The notes under the pieces were generated by a model that searched no databases, was not told the origin of the DNA, and saw nothing but the letters and a program-made list of their open reading frames with translations. Shown piece by piece: positions 20,534-30,361 of a stretch of 64,000 bases of DNA; within the stretch, counting starts at the first letter, position 1, and each line of letters opens with the position of its first letter. Made by a program: the position numbers and the translations under genes. The stretch comes from an uncultured delta proteobacterium (lineage in GTDB: Bacteria; Myxococcota_A; Polyangia; Fen-1088): assembly GCA_963737265.1 (NCBI GenBank), contig CAVTRY010000017.1, positions 1 to 64,000 of the forward strand, read 5' to 3'.

Positions 20534-22029
20534 GACGAAGGACTCTTAGGTGAGTTGGATTGGGCTGTCAATACGTTTGACCGTGTGCGAACCGAATTCA
20601 TCAGATCGCGGACCTCTCGGCGCCCGGCGACCGCGGCGGCCACGCGCAGAACGCCCATGCTTACCCCGAGCAATCCAGGCGCGAGCGCGCTCTGTCCCAC
20701 CAAGAACAGCCCATCGAGGGGCGGCCGGGACAGCACGAGGTATTCAAGTCCGTCGCGAATCGAGTGGCGTACGCCATAGGTGCCGCCACGCGGGGCGCCC
20801 GTCCAATCGCGCATGGTCAGCGGCGTCCACACGTCGATGATGCGCGGCTCGCGAAGCGGGCCGAGGGCGGTCGCGATTTCGCCCAGGGCTTGCCGAGCCC
20901 GGCGCAGCTTTTCGGCGCGGTATGCGGGACCACGTCGTCCGGTCTGTGTGTGTTGCCACTCGGCCCAGCTAGCGTAGTCGCTTTCGGCGAGAACGATCAG
21001 GCGCGTGGTGCCTGGCGGTCCAGCCGGACGCAGCTGCGCGTAGACGCCCGCCAAACTGCGGCCCGGTTCGCCGCGAACGCGGTAGACGTTGTGGTCGAGC
21101 GCCGGGTGGTGCTTTTCATCAACCAGGGCCACGACGCCGAGGGTGCCTCGGGTTTCCTCAAGCGCGCCGATTCTTGTCCAGTAGCCATCGTTCAGGGCGG
21201 CGGCCGGAATCATGTCGACGAGGGTCTTGGGGTGGATGCTCGCAACCACGTTGTCCGCGGCGAGGACTGTTCCTGAGCGCAGCCGAATCCCGCTCGCACG
21301 GCGGCCACTCACGTCGACAGCGACGGCGGGATCGCTCGCGACAATCGTCACGCCAGCGGCGATCGCCCGTTCCAACAGGGCGTCGGCCATCTCGGCGCCG
21401 GTGCAGCCAAGCTCCCACGCCGACTGCAGCAGCGACGCACTCGCCATCATGAGGAATGGAGCGGGGCAGACGGAAAGATTCACGCCAAGCAGGAAGCCCT
21501 GGAGCGCGACGATATCCACCAGGCGCCGTGGCAGGTTCTTTTCCGCAAGGACCTCGGCCGCCGTCTTGGTCATGGGGAGGGTTGACGGCGGGGCGCCGGA
21601 GCCATCGGTGCGCAAGCTGGCCATGGCGCCATGGCAGAGATTCATGACGTAGGCGACTGCCGCCGGCGTGTCTCCGAAACGCGCGGTCAGCGATGCCTCC
21701 AGTTTCTCCACCGTGTCGGGAAGGTCGAAGACGTCGTCGTCGAGCACGAAGCGATCGATGACACCGCTTCCGCCGAGGCGGCGCAACTTCAGCGCCGGCC
21801 GAATTTCGAGCACATCGAAGAAGTCGCCCAGCAACTGGCCGGGCAACGCCGAGCCGATGTAGTGCACGCCAACCGGACAGTCGACGCCTTCGCGGCTGTA
21901 GCTGCGCAGACATCCGCCTGGGCGCGCCGCTGCTTCGACCAGCGTGACGCGAAGGCCGAGGCGGGCGAGTACGATGGCTGTGGAAAGACCGCCAAAGCCG
22001 GCACCGACGACCGCGACGTGGGGGCTCAC
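20530..22029 (-). CDS. Phytoene-desaturase/retinol-saturase-like FAD oxidoreductase
   Basis: GTG start overlapping the upstream stop; VVGAGFGGL, PGGCLRSYSR, GVHYIG, TPLTMRDWTGAPRGGTYG, LFLVGQ. Confidence 0.88.
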   Translation of the reverse strand: MSPHVAVVGAGFGGLSTAIVLARLGLRVTLVEAAARPGGCLRSYSREGVDCPVGVHYIGSALPGQLLGDFFDVLEIRPALKLRRLGGSGVIDRFVLDDDVFDLPDTVEKLEASLTARFGDTPAAVAYVMNLCHGAMASLRTDGSGAPPSTLPMTKTAAEVLAEKNLPRRLVDIVALQGFLLGVNLSVCPAPFLMMASASLLQSAWELGCTGAEMADALLERAIAAGVTIVASDPAVAVDVSGRRASGIRLRSGTVLAADNVVASIHPKTLVDMIPAAALNDGYWTRIGALEETRGTLGVVALVDEKHHPALDHNVYRVRGEPGRSLAGVYAQLRPAGPPGTTRLIVLAESDYASWAEWQHTQTGRRGPAYRAEKLRRARQALGEIATALGPLREPRIIDVWTPLTMRDWTGAPRGGTYGVRHSIRDGLEYLVLSRPPLDGLFLVGQSALAPGLLGVSMGVLRVAAAVAGRREVRDLMNSVRTRSNVLTAQSNSPKSPSS

Positions 22030-24194
22030 GCGAAGACCTCGATGGCCGTGGCGTGACGGCCGAGCTGCAGGAGCAACAGGCGCTTGCGCGGCAGCGCGAG
22101 AGGTGTCGGTCCGAAGGGAAGGACTCCCGCGCAGACCGCGCGCGCCGCGATGGCGGTAGCCGTGGCGCTCGCGCTGGCGTGCTGGCCAAGGTCGTCGCGG
22201 TAGGGCACGAGCGGACAGTCGGGCAACGTGCCCGCCAGGCGCGCGAGCGTTCGGTTCGCGGCCGCGCCGAGGGCCGCAGGAACGCTCACCGCGATGGCGT
22301 CGTAGCGATCCCGAGCGACGATGCCGGCAAGAAGAGAAACTGCGCCCGCATCTTCGTCGTTGCCGCCGCCTTCGCCCAGCCATCGTACGCGCGCGCCGGG
22401 GACGTCGTCATCGGGCACGAGAACGAAGGCGGCGCCGCCTTCGGAGGCCAGCGGGCCGGTCGCCGCGGCAGCGTCGAGCAGGGGGGACAGCCGTGCATCG
22501 TACGCTTCGGCGGCCATCACCAAGGCGCGCTGCTCGCCAGTGGCCATGCCGAGCGAGGCGCACAGCAGGGCTTGCTCGAACGATCGATCGCCAGCCGAAC
22601 AGGTGAGGTTGGGCGCCTGCGCGGCGAGCAGAAGCGCAACCTGGCCCGCCGGGGCGTTGTGGACCGAACCGATGAAGTCCATGGGGCTCGAAAACTGGTC
22701 GCCCGTCTCGAACAGCTTGCGCAAGAAGTCCTGCGTTTCGGCGAGCGGTCCCCACGCCGTCCCGACGGCGAGCAGGTCGGGAGGCGTGCTTCTGCCGCTG
22801 GCGGTGTGCGCGGTTTGGGCGAGGGCGAGCATGAGGCGCGGCAGGCGCTTGAGGCGGCGGATGAAGGCGGCGGGCGCGGCTCCGGCGAAGCATGCGTCGG
22901 GCACGAAACCGGCTACCTTTTTCGCGGCGACCAGCGCGGCCCAAGTGTCGTCGAGTGTTCCGCGTGCGCTGAGACAGGCGGCGGCGGCGATGCGCAGGGC
23001 GGGCAGGGCACGCGTCCGATCTGGCCGGGCATCTGCGACGGAGTTTGCTTCGCCGGCCTGGCATAGAACGACGCAGGCGTTGTTGCCGCCGAAGCCGAAG
23101 GAATTCGACAGCACCGCGCGAACGCGGGAGCGCGTTGGCTGTCGGACCGGCGCAACGCCCAGCTTCGGATCCACGGTTTCAAGCCCCGTGTTCGCGGGCA
23201 ACAAACCGTCGGTCAGGGTGAGAACGGCAATCACTCCCTCGATGGCGCCCGCGGCGGCCAGGGTGTGGCCGGTGAGCCCCTTGGTGGATGACAGGGCCGG
23301 CACCTTGTCGCCAAAGACTTGCTTGATGGCCCGGGCCTCGGCGGCGTCGTTGTCGACGGTGCCGGTCCCGTGCAGGTTGATGTAGTCGATGGCCGACGGT
23401 TCAAGCCCGGCGTCGGCGAGGGCTCGCTGCATGGCCAGCGCGGCGCCTCTGCCCTCGGGGTGGGGGCTGGTGGCGTGATAGGCGTCGCAACTGAGGCCGG
23501 TGCCGGCAACCTGGGCCAGCATCGAGCGTCCGCCCGGCTCCGATTCGAGAAGCAGAAAACCCGCGCCTTCCCCAACTGTCATACCGTCTCGGTTGGCATC
23601 GAGTGGTTTCGCTCCTCGGGCCGCGACCAACTGAAGCTGGCGGAAGCCGTGGAAGGTGAGGCGGCACAGCGAGTCCGCGCCGCCGGCCAACACTCGCCGA
23701 GCGAGGCCAGCGCGGAGTAGGGCGTTGGCCACCGAGAGCGCGACGGCCGCACTCGAACACGCGGTCGAAAGGGTGAGCACCGGCCCGCGAACGCCGAGCG
23801 TTTCGGCCAGATGGTCCGCGACCGTGTCCAGGCCATGAAACCGGTAAGCGGCCGGGGATAGAGCACCGGCCTGCAGTGCGAATTCGGTGGCCAGAATGCC
23901 GCCGGTGGTGGTGCCGAGCACGATGGCGTCGGGGGCGGGGCCGTTTCCCACCGCCTGGCGCGCGGCCAGCATGGCCAGGCGGTGGGTTCGCGGCAGCACG
24001 TCGGCCTCGGCGAGATCGGGCGTGGAAACCTGGGCAACCGGCAAGGCTGCACTCTCGCCAGCGACTGGGAAAACCGTCGACGCCTGGAACCGGCGCGCGG
24101 GCGCAAGCAGAAGCCGCCGCAGCTCGGCGACGTCGTTGGCTCCGGCACAGATGACGCCGAGCCCGGAAACGAAGACCTTGGGCCGCGTGTTCAT
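22026..24194 (-). CDS. Fused ketosynthase + chain-length-factor-like domain
   Basis: KS triad STACSS / NLHGTGT / KGLTGHT, SNSFGFGG; C-terminal half RRLKRLPRL...SPMDFIGSVHNAPAG resembles aryl-polyene CLF. Confidence 0.85.
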   Translation of the reverse strand: MNTRPKVFVSGLGVICAGANDVAELRRLLLAPARRFQASTVFPVAGESAALPVAQVSTPDLAEADVLPRTHRLAMLAARQAVGNGPAPDAIVLGTTTGGILATEFALQAGALSPAAYRFHGLDTVADHLAETLGVRGPVLTLSTACSSAAVALSVANALLRAGLARRVLAGGADSLCRLTFHGFRQLQLVAARGAKPLDANRDGMTVGEGAGFLLLESEPGGRSMLAQVAGTGLSCDAYHATSPHPEGRGAALAMQRALADAGLEPSAIDYINLHGTGTVDNDAAEARAIKQVFGDKVPALSSTKGLTGHTLAAAGAIEGVIAVLTLTDGLLPANTGLETVDPKLGVAPVRQPTRSRVRAVLSNSFGFGGNNACVVLCQAGEANSVADARPDRTRALPALRIAAAACLSARGTLDDTWAALVAAKKVAGFVPDACFAGAAPAAFIRRLKRLPRLMLALAQTAHTASGRSTPPDLLAVGTAWGPLAETQDFLRKLFETGDQFSSPMDFIGSVHNAPAGQVALLLAAQAPNLTCSAGDRSFEQALLCASLGMATGEQRALVMAAEAYDARLSPLLDAAAATGPLASEGGAAFVLVPDDDVPGARVRWLGEGGGNDEDAGAVSLLAGIVARDRYDAIAVSVPAALGAAANRTLARLAGTLPDCPLVPYRDDLGQHASASATATAIAARAVCAGVLPFGPTPLALPRKRLLLLQLGRHATAIEVFA

Positions 24195-24466
24195 GGAGGC
24201 GAGGCTAGCCTGCGCCGGCGAATGAAGTCGGCCAGCGTGGCCAGGGAAGCGAAGGCCTCGATGCCAGCGGCACGGTTGTCGATTTTCACGCCGTAGTCCT
24301 TTTCGATCATGACCACGAGCTCGAGGGTATCGATGGAATCGATGCCCAGTCCCGCGCCGATGAGCGGCACCGCGGGATCGACGGCCTCCGCCGTCATGTC
24401 GAGGCCAAGGGTTTCCACCAGCTTGCGTGCAAGCTCGGCGACCAGAGGATCGGTTTGTTCAGTCAC
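24191..24466 (-). CDS. Acyl carrier protein
   Basis: GTG start with GGAG RBS; GLGIDSIDTLELVVMIEKDYGV. Confidence 0.92.
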   Translation of the reverse strand: MTEQTDPLVAELARKLVETLGLDMTAEAVDPAVPLIGAGLGIDSIDTLELVVMIEKDYGVKIDNRAAGIEAFASLATLADFIRRRRLASPP

Positions 24467-24498
24467 GGTGGCTCCTACCTCGGAGAGGATTTTGGATG

Positions 24499-25758
24499 TC
24501 AGGACAAACGTCGGAAGACCAGGCAAGTGTTGGTGCCGCCGAAGCCGAAGGCGTTCTTGAGCACGTATTCCTGGTCGCGGTGGGGGCGCGTGGTGGTCAC
24601 GATGTCGAGGCTGATTTCCGGGTCGGGGGTGAGATTGATGGTGGGAAGAAGCACGCCGTTTTGCATGCCCTCGATGGCGAGCATCGATTCGATCACGCTG
24701 GCCGCGCCCATGGCGTGGCCGAACTGCGACTTGTTGGCGCTGACCGGGGGCACCTTCGCGCCGAACACGTCGTGCAGCGCCTCGTCTTCGATCTTGTCGC
24801 CGAGGCGCGTGGACGACGCGTGGGCGTTCACAGCGGCGATGGCGTCGGGGCCGAGGTCGGCTGCCGCAATCGCCTCGGCCATGCACGTCGCGATGGTGGC
24901 GCGATTGGGGGCGACCGGGTGGTGCGCGTCGGAGGTCAACGACCAGCCAGCCAGCTGGCAAGCGGGACGCAGCCCATGCGCCCTGGCGAAGTCGGCCGAG
25001 ACCATGACCACGCAGCCGGCACCCTCGGAGATGACGAAGCCGCGCCGGTCGAGCGAGAACGGGCGGCTGGCCCGCTCGGGGTGTCGCGCGTCCTCCTCGG
25101 TCTTGGGCTTGAAGGCCCCGTTCATGGTGGAAAAACCCGCCACGATGGGCTCGACCAGGGGGAAGTCCACCGCGCCCGCAATCACCACGTCGGCCCTCCC
25201 GGCGCCGATGAGCATGGCGCCCATGGCCATGGATGTACTGCCGGTGGCGCACGCCGTGACGGTGGAGATGCAAGGCCCGGTAGCGCCCGACAGAATGGAG
25301 ATCTTTCCCGCGATCATGTTCACGCATGAATTCGGGTTCATGTAGGGCAGGGGAAGGGCGCCGGTGGCGACCAGCGTTCGGTCGGCATCCACCACGGCGT
25401 CGAGGCCGCCGATGGCGGTGCTGAAGGTGACGGCCACGCGCGGCGACAGGGCAGGGGTGATTTCCACGCCCGATTTGGCGAGCGCCCGATGCACGACCAG
25501 CATGCTGTAGCGAAAGACCGGCGACTTCCAATGCGCCATCTCGCGTGGGCGCAGGCAGAGCGGCAAGGGATCGATGGCGTCGGGGTCGAGGTTGACCTGG
25601 CCGGCGATGCGCACGGGAAAATCCGGTCGCAGGGGAAAGCGGGTGAGAGGGCCGATGCCGCTCTCGCCCCGCACCGCGCGCTGCCACGCCTGGGACCAGT
25701 CGAGCCCCATGGACGAAACGCCATCCCATCCCAGCAGCACCGGTCGCGACTGTGTCAT
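24499..25758 (-). CDS. FabF-like beta-ketoacyl-ACP synthase
   Basis: TACATG, ASRPF, GFVISEGAG, NAHASST, KSQFGH, NAFGFGG. Confidence 0.92.
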   Translation of the reverse strand: MTQSRPVLLGWDGVSSMGLDWSQAWQRAVRGESGIGPLTRFPLRPDFPVRIAGQVNLDPDAIDPLPLCLRPREMAHWKSPVFRYSMLVVHRALAKSGVEITPALSPRVAVTFSTAIGGLDAVVDADRTLVATGALPLPYMNPNSCVNMIAGKISILSGATGPCISTVTACATGSTSMAMGAMLIGAGRADVVIAGAVDFPLVEPIVAGFSTMNGAFKPKTEEDARHPERASRPFSLDRRGFVISEGAGCVVMVSADFARAHGLRPACQLAGWSLTSDAHHPVAPNRATIATCMAEAIAAADLGPDAIAAVNAHASSTRLGDKIEDEALHDVFGAKVPPVSANKSQFGHAMGAASVIESMLAIEGMQNGVLLPTINLTPDPEISLDIVTTTRPHRDQEYVLKNAFGFGGTNTCLVFRRLS

Positions 25759-25771
25759 GGCCGGCTTTCGG

Positions 25772-26767
25772 CTACCACGGGATGAAGCGGTACAGTTTGG
25801 CGAACATCTCGTAGACCTCGATCCAATTCTGAAGGTCTTGGGCGGTGCGAATGTGGGCCCGCTTGTTCACCATGATCCAGCTCATGTGGGCCGCGCCGTC
25901 CTTGCACGTGCTGCAATCGCGTGTGGCCGACGTGCAACAGCGGTGGGTTGTCTTGAGGTCGGCGGCCCAGCGGCGGAAGCGAATCAGCCGACGCGGCTGC
26001 GGATCGCGCGTGTCATGGGTTTCGGAAACCGCCGGGCATTCGCCCCAACCGAAACGGCGACCGAGCATGGTGCCCGAGGTCAGCACCTGGTGGTAGTAGT
26101 GCGACGAGATGACCGTCTCGGGATAGCGATCCATGAGCTCGTCCATTTCGCGGCGGACGTCTTCGAGCTGTTCCGCCTGCCAGGAAAAGCCGTCGGCATC
26201 TTCGTCGTTGGAAAGCAGCTGGAAGTGAACCTTGACGCCGATGTCGCGGATGCGGCGGACCATCGACTCGACGCGTCCGACCTGCTGCGAGGTGATGGTG
26301 TACAGATAGTAAGTGTAGAGATCGCCGGCGTAGTTCTTCGACGAGACGGCGAAGGCGTCTTTTCCGCGCAGGGACTTTTCGGTTTCGGCGTCGCCCCACA
26401 GGGAAATCCCAACCATCATCTGCGGGAAGCGATCGCGCGGCACTTTGATGAGTCCGTTGGTGGCGCAAAAGGTGGGCAGGCGCTGGAAGAAAGCCTCGAC
26501 GCGGTCGAGGTGCAGGCTGGGCTCGCCGCCGATGAGGATGGCCAGGTTGACCCCGCGTTGCATTTCGGCGTCGACGAAGAGTTCCCAGTCGTGGACATCC
26601 TTCGCTTCGCCCGTCAGGTGCTCGTCCGAGGAAAAGAAGAAGCAGCCGTTGCAGCGCAGGTTGCAGGCGTTGGTGACGTCGTAGATCGAGCTGCGGATGT
26701 TGAGGTTGCAGATCTTCTGGTAGCGGTCGTACCAGGCGTCGTCGAGCAGCGAGCGGACGGTGATCAT
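25772..26767 (-). CDS. Radical SAM protein with C-terminal Cys-rich motif
   Basis: CNLRCNGC, GGEP, C-terminal ECP...CCTSATRDCSTC; ATGA overlap with upstream paralog. Confidence 0.9.
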   Translation of the reverse strand: MITVRSLLDDAWYDRYQKICNLNIRSSIYDVTNACNLRCNGCFFFSSDEHLTGEAKDVHDWELFVDAEMQRGVNLAILIGGEPSLHLDRVEAFFQRLPTFCATNGLIKVPRDRFPQMMVGISLWGDAETEKSLRGKDAFAVSSKNYAGDLYTYYLYTITSQQVGRVESMVRRIRDIGVKVHFQLLSNDEDADGFSWQAEQLEDVRREMDELMDRYPETVISSHYYHQVLTSGTMLGRRFGWGECPAVSETHDTRDPQPRRLIRFRRWAADLKTTHRCCTSATRDCSTCKDGAAHMSWIMVNKRAHIRTAQDLQNWIEVYEMFAKLYRFIPW

Positions 26768-27882
26768 CGATCGGCTCCGGCGGCATCCGCGGGCGGCAGC
26801 GTGGCGCACAGGGTGTCGCCCTTGGCGTAGCCCGGAACCCACACCGCGAGGTAGGTATCGACGTAGTCGAGCCACGCCCGGAATTGGTCCGGGTTCGCCA
26901 CGTGGCGGTTCATGCGCGCGGTGACGATGGCGCTGCCCGCGGCATAGTGCCGGCAATCGGCGCAGTCGGTGTCGGGGACGCAGCAAGAGGATTCGCGGAC
27001 CCAGGTCAGGTCGGAGCGGTACTGGCGGAACGAACGGCCGAGACCGAATTGTCCCCGGTTCTGCCGTGGATATGGGCACGAAAAGAGCCCGTGCAGGGAG
27101 CGTGCGTCGGTGTGGACAGCGGCGCTGTAGGGCGAAAAGAGAACGTGGTCTGGGAAGTCGCGCAGCAGGCTCAGCATGGCCTGCCGCGTTTCCGCCAGCG
27201 ATATCGGCGAGTGCGCGAGCGCGCCCGAATAGCCGGTGGTGGCCGAGAAGACGTTGAAGGTCACGCGGCAGTCGCTCTTGGCCAGTTGCTGAACCACCCC
27301 GCGCGATTCGGCGATGTTGTCACGGGTGAAGGTGTAGACGAATACGGCGCGTGCATCGCCGGCGTAGTTCTCGATCTGGCGCGCAAGCATGCGCTTGGCT
27401 CGGCGGGTTCGTTCTGAGGTTGCGTCGTTGCCCCAGGCCGAGATGTGAATTCGATATTCCACCGACGTCGGAATGCGTACAAGCCCATTGCTGGCGATGG
27501 CGCCGAGCGGGATTTCGCCGAAGCAGATCCCAAGCAAGTCGGGGACGAGCGCCGGCTCCGCGCCGGCCAGCACGACGAAGGTAATGCCGCGCTCCTTTTC
27601 GGCCTGCATGAGCGCCCGCCAAGCGTCCGGGTCGACGTTGTCCCGCGCGTGCTGCTTGTCGCCTTCGAAGTAGTAGCAGCCCTCGCAGCGGGCGTTGCAG
27701 CGGCTGGTCATGTCGTAGGTCGACTCGCGCAGAAAGAAATGGCCGCGCACTTTGTGAAAACGAGCTGCGATGTCAGGGCTTCTGAGGATCTCCGAGAGGG
27801 TCCATGCCGTGGCCGCCGCCGCATTCGACGGCGTGGAAGCCTGTGCGCAGGCTGGGGCGCGAGCGACGATGTCCGTGGCCAT
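26764..27882 (-). CDS. Radical SAM protein, apparent paralog of the downstream gene
   Basis: CNARCEGC, GAEP, C-terminal SCP...CCVPDTDCADC. Confidence 0.9.
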   Translation of the reverse strand: MATDIVARAPACAQASTPSNAAAATAWTLSEILRSPDIAARFHKVRGHFFLRESTYDMTSRCNARCEGCYYFEGDKQHARDNVDPDAWRALMQAEKERGITFVVLAGAEPALVPDLLGICFGEIPLGAIASNGLVRIPTSVEYRIHISAWGNDATSERTRRAKRMLARQIENYAGDARAVFVYTFTRDNIAESRGVVQQLAKSDCRVTFNVFSATTGYSGALAHSPISLAETRQAMLSLLRDFPDHVLFSPYSAAVHTDARSLHGLFSCPYPRQNRGQFGLGRSFRQYRSDLTWVRESSCCVPDTDCADCRHYAAGSAIVTARMNRHVANPDQFRAWLDYVDTYLAVWVPGYAKGDTLCATLPPADAAGADR

Positions 27883-27913
27883 GTCGGTCTCTACACCCCC
27901 CCTGCAACGAGCG

Positions 27914-28183
27914 CTAGCCGGCTGCACCCTGAAGTTGCTGGACCTCAGCCGCGATGGCGCGAACCGTGGTCAGGGTTGGGTAGCTGTCCTCGTCGAACTT
28001 GACCTTGTACTCACCTTGCAGCACCAGGACCACCGTCGTCAGGTCCATGCTGTCGATGCCAAGCTCTTTGACCAGGTCGGTGGTCACATCGAAGGTATCC
28101 GGCGTGACGTTTTCGAGCTTGAGCTCCTGAATCAGAATCTCGGCGATACGCCGTTCCATCGAGCCGTTCTGCATCTGAGACAT
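27914..28183 (-). CDS. Acyl carrier protein
   Basis: ELGIDSMDLTTVVLVLQGEYKV. Confidence 0.9.
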   Translation of the reverse strand: MSQMQNGSMERRIAEILIQELKLENVTPDTFDVTTDLVKELGIDSMDLTTVVLVLQGEYKVKFDEDSYPTLTTVRAIAAEVQQLQGAAG

Positions 28184-28370
28184 CGGATTTCAACCACCCT
28201 CTGAAGGTGCCCCGCGCTTTAGCATGCTTTTTCATGGACAGTCAAGGTTGTGACCGGCAGTCCCGCCAGTCCATGCCAGGGCCGACCTTATCGCCGACGG
28301 CGTCTTGCGCTTCGCTGGTGGCACGTGCAAAATGGCGCGCGCTCAAGCAATCCGCTCGCTCTGCTGTCGC

Positions 28371-29933
28371 ATGTCGTACAAATCCTCTGAACCCTGTGTG
28401 GTGGGCATCGGCCCGGTCGGTATCGATGCGCTCATTCGGGTGGCTGTCCACGGCGCAGACGTGCGGCTATCCGAGGATGGAGACTGGTTGCGGCGCATGA
28501 CCGCTTGCCAGCAACGGCTCGCCGACGCGGTCGCGGACGGCACGCCCATCTATGCCGTGACGACCGGATTCGGCAGCAACTGCGGCGCGCGAATTTCGGC
28601 GGAGAACATCGCAGCCCTTGGCGCAGGACTCTTGCGTTTTCACGGCTGCGGAACCGGACCCGCGCTGCCCGTGCCGGCCGTGCGCGGTGCGATGCTATGT
28701 CGTGTGCTGTGTCTGCTGCGCGGTTATTCCGGTGTACGACCGGCGCTGGCGCGGCGGCTCATCGAGATCCTCAATCGTGGCATCACCCCGGTGGTGCCGG
28801 CGCAGGGATCCGTGGGCGCGTCGGGCGACCTCACGCCCATGTCCTATGTGGCCGCCGCGCTGGTCGGCGAACGCGAGGTCTTCTATCAGAACGACAGGAT
28901 GCCGGCGGCGCGTGCGCTCGATCTTGCCGGGCTTGCTCCGTTCGAATTCGCGGTGAAAGAGCCCATCGCCATGCTCAACGGCACGCCCATCATGACCGGT
29001 GTCGCCATCGTCGTGGTCGACCAGTGCCGACGCATCCTGGCTGCGGCCACGCGTGCGACCGCCCTGGCCGTACACGCCATGGCCGGGCACGAGCATCACT
29101 TGCACCCGGCGCTCTTCGAGGCCAAGCCGTTTCCAGGGCAACAGGCGGTCGCAACTCATTTGCGGGCGCTCCTGCGTTCCGAGGGAGCCGCGCCCGAAGC
29201 AGAGGTTCCGGAGACGCTGCAAGATCCCTACTCGTTGCGGTGCGCGCCGCACGTCCTCGGCGTACTGGCGGACGCCCTCGACTGGGTCGAGCGCTGGGTT
29301 GAAATCGAGGCCGGCTCGGCAACCGACAACCCGCTTTTCGATCCAGAGTCCGGCCGCCCGCTCATGGGCGGGAACTTCTACGGCGGGCACATCGCCTTCG
29401 CCATGGACGCCGTGAAGGCCGCCGTGGCCTCGGTCGCCGATCTGTGCGATCGCCAGGCGGCACTGCTGGTAGATACCCGATTCAATCGTGGCTTGCCGGC
29501 GCACCTGGCGGTGCCGTCGTCGCAGGGACTGGCGCCGCGCCATGGCTTCAAGGGGATGCAGATTACCTTGTCGGCCCTGACCGCCGAAGCGCTGCAGGCG
29601 TCCATGCCGGCGGCTTCGTTCTCGCGTTCGACGGAGTCGCACAATCAGGACAAGGTGAGCATGGGGACGCTCGCCGCGCGCGAGGCGTTGCGAGTTTGCG
29701 ATTTGGTCAGCCACGCGGTGGCGGTACACCTGCTTGCCGGCGCGCAAGCATGCGAGCTGCGCGGAGGGCTCGGTGCGCGCCCGGCGGTCGCGGCCTTGGT
29801 GCGCAGGGTGCGGGCGTCCAGTCCCGCGCTGCAAGACGACCGTTGCCTTGACGTCGACATCGAGGCCGTGCATCACGCCGTGGTCGCAGGTGATGTCGGC
29901 CTGGGGTTAGAAACAGGCGTGAGGGGCCGCTAG
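28371..29933 (+). CDS. MIO-dependent aromatic amino acid ammonia-lyase (HAL/PAL/TAL family)
   Basis: IYAVTTGFG, GSVGASGDL, QDPYSLRC, TDNP, GGNFYG, HNQDKVSMG; start uncertain. Confidence 0.93.
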   Translation: MSYKSSEPCVVGIGPVGIDALIRVAVHGADVRLSEDGDWLRRMTACQQRLADAVADGTPIYAVTTGFGSNCGARISAENIAALGAGLLRFHGCGTGPALPVPAVRGAMLCRVLCLLRGYSGVRPALARRLIEILNRGITPVVPAQGSVGASGDLTPMSYVAAALVGEREVFYQNDRMPAARALDLAGLAPFEFAVKEPIAMLNGTPIMTGVAIVVVDQCRRILAAATRATALAVHAMAGHEHHLHPALFEAKPFPGQQAVATHLRALLRSEGAAPEAEVPETLQDPYSLRCAPHVLGVLADALDWVERWVEIEAGSATDNPLFDPESGRPLMGGNFYGGHIAFAMDAVKAAVASVADLCDRQAALLVDTRFNRGLPAHLAVPSSQGLAPRHGFKGMQITLSALTAEALQASMPAASFSRSTESHNQDKVSMGTLAAREALRVCDLVSHAVAVHLLAGAQACELRGGLGARPAVAALVRRVRASSPALQDDRCLDVDIEAVHHAVVAGDVGLGLETGVRGR

Positions 29934-30361
29934 TGGACTCGCGCCGCCGCGCCACCGTGCGCCTGTGCATTCCGTTCTGCGACGTGGATGCGATGCAGGT
30001 GGTCTGGCACGGCAACTACTTCAAGTATTTCGACGCTGCGAGGGATCGCCTTTTCCGCGACGCTGGCCTCGATCTGTACCGCGGCTTCGAGGACGGCGGG
30101 CTGGTCTTTCCCATCACGCGCACCCAGACCAAGCACATTCGTCCGCTGCGCCTGCGCGATGAGGTCGACTGCACGGCCGTCCTGGTGGAGGCCGAGTGTC
30201 GGCTGGTGGTCGAGTTCGAAGTCCGCCTGGCGGCGACGGGCACGCTGTGCGCGAAGGGGCGGACCGAACAGGCCGCGGTTCGCCTGGCGGACGGAACGCT
30301 CGAGCTGCGCTTGCCGGAAACCATGCGGCGCGCGCTTGGCTGTGCCCGCGATGGCGGCTGA
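29933..30361 (+). CDS. Acyl-CoA/ACP thioesterase (YbgC/4HBT hot-dog fold)
   Basis: FCDVDAMQVVWHGNYFKYFD. Confidence 0.9.
   Translation: MDSRRRATVRLCIPFCDVDAMQVVWHGNYFKYFDAARDRLFRDAGLDLYRGFEDGGLVFPITRTQTKHIRPLRLRDEVDCTAVLVEAECRLVVEFEVRLAATGTLCAKGRTEQAAVRLADGTLELRLPETMRRALGCARDGG

Noticed and set aside
25772-27882. Radical SAM pair as RiPP maturases
   Set aside because: No precursor peptide, RRE or peptidase visible; the adjacent small ORFs are clear ACPs
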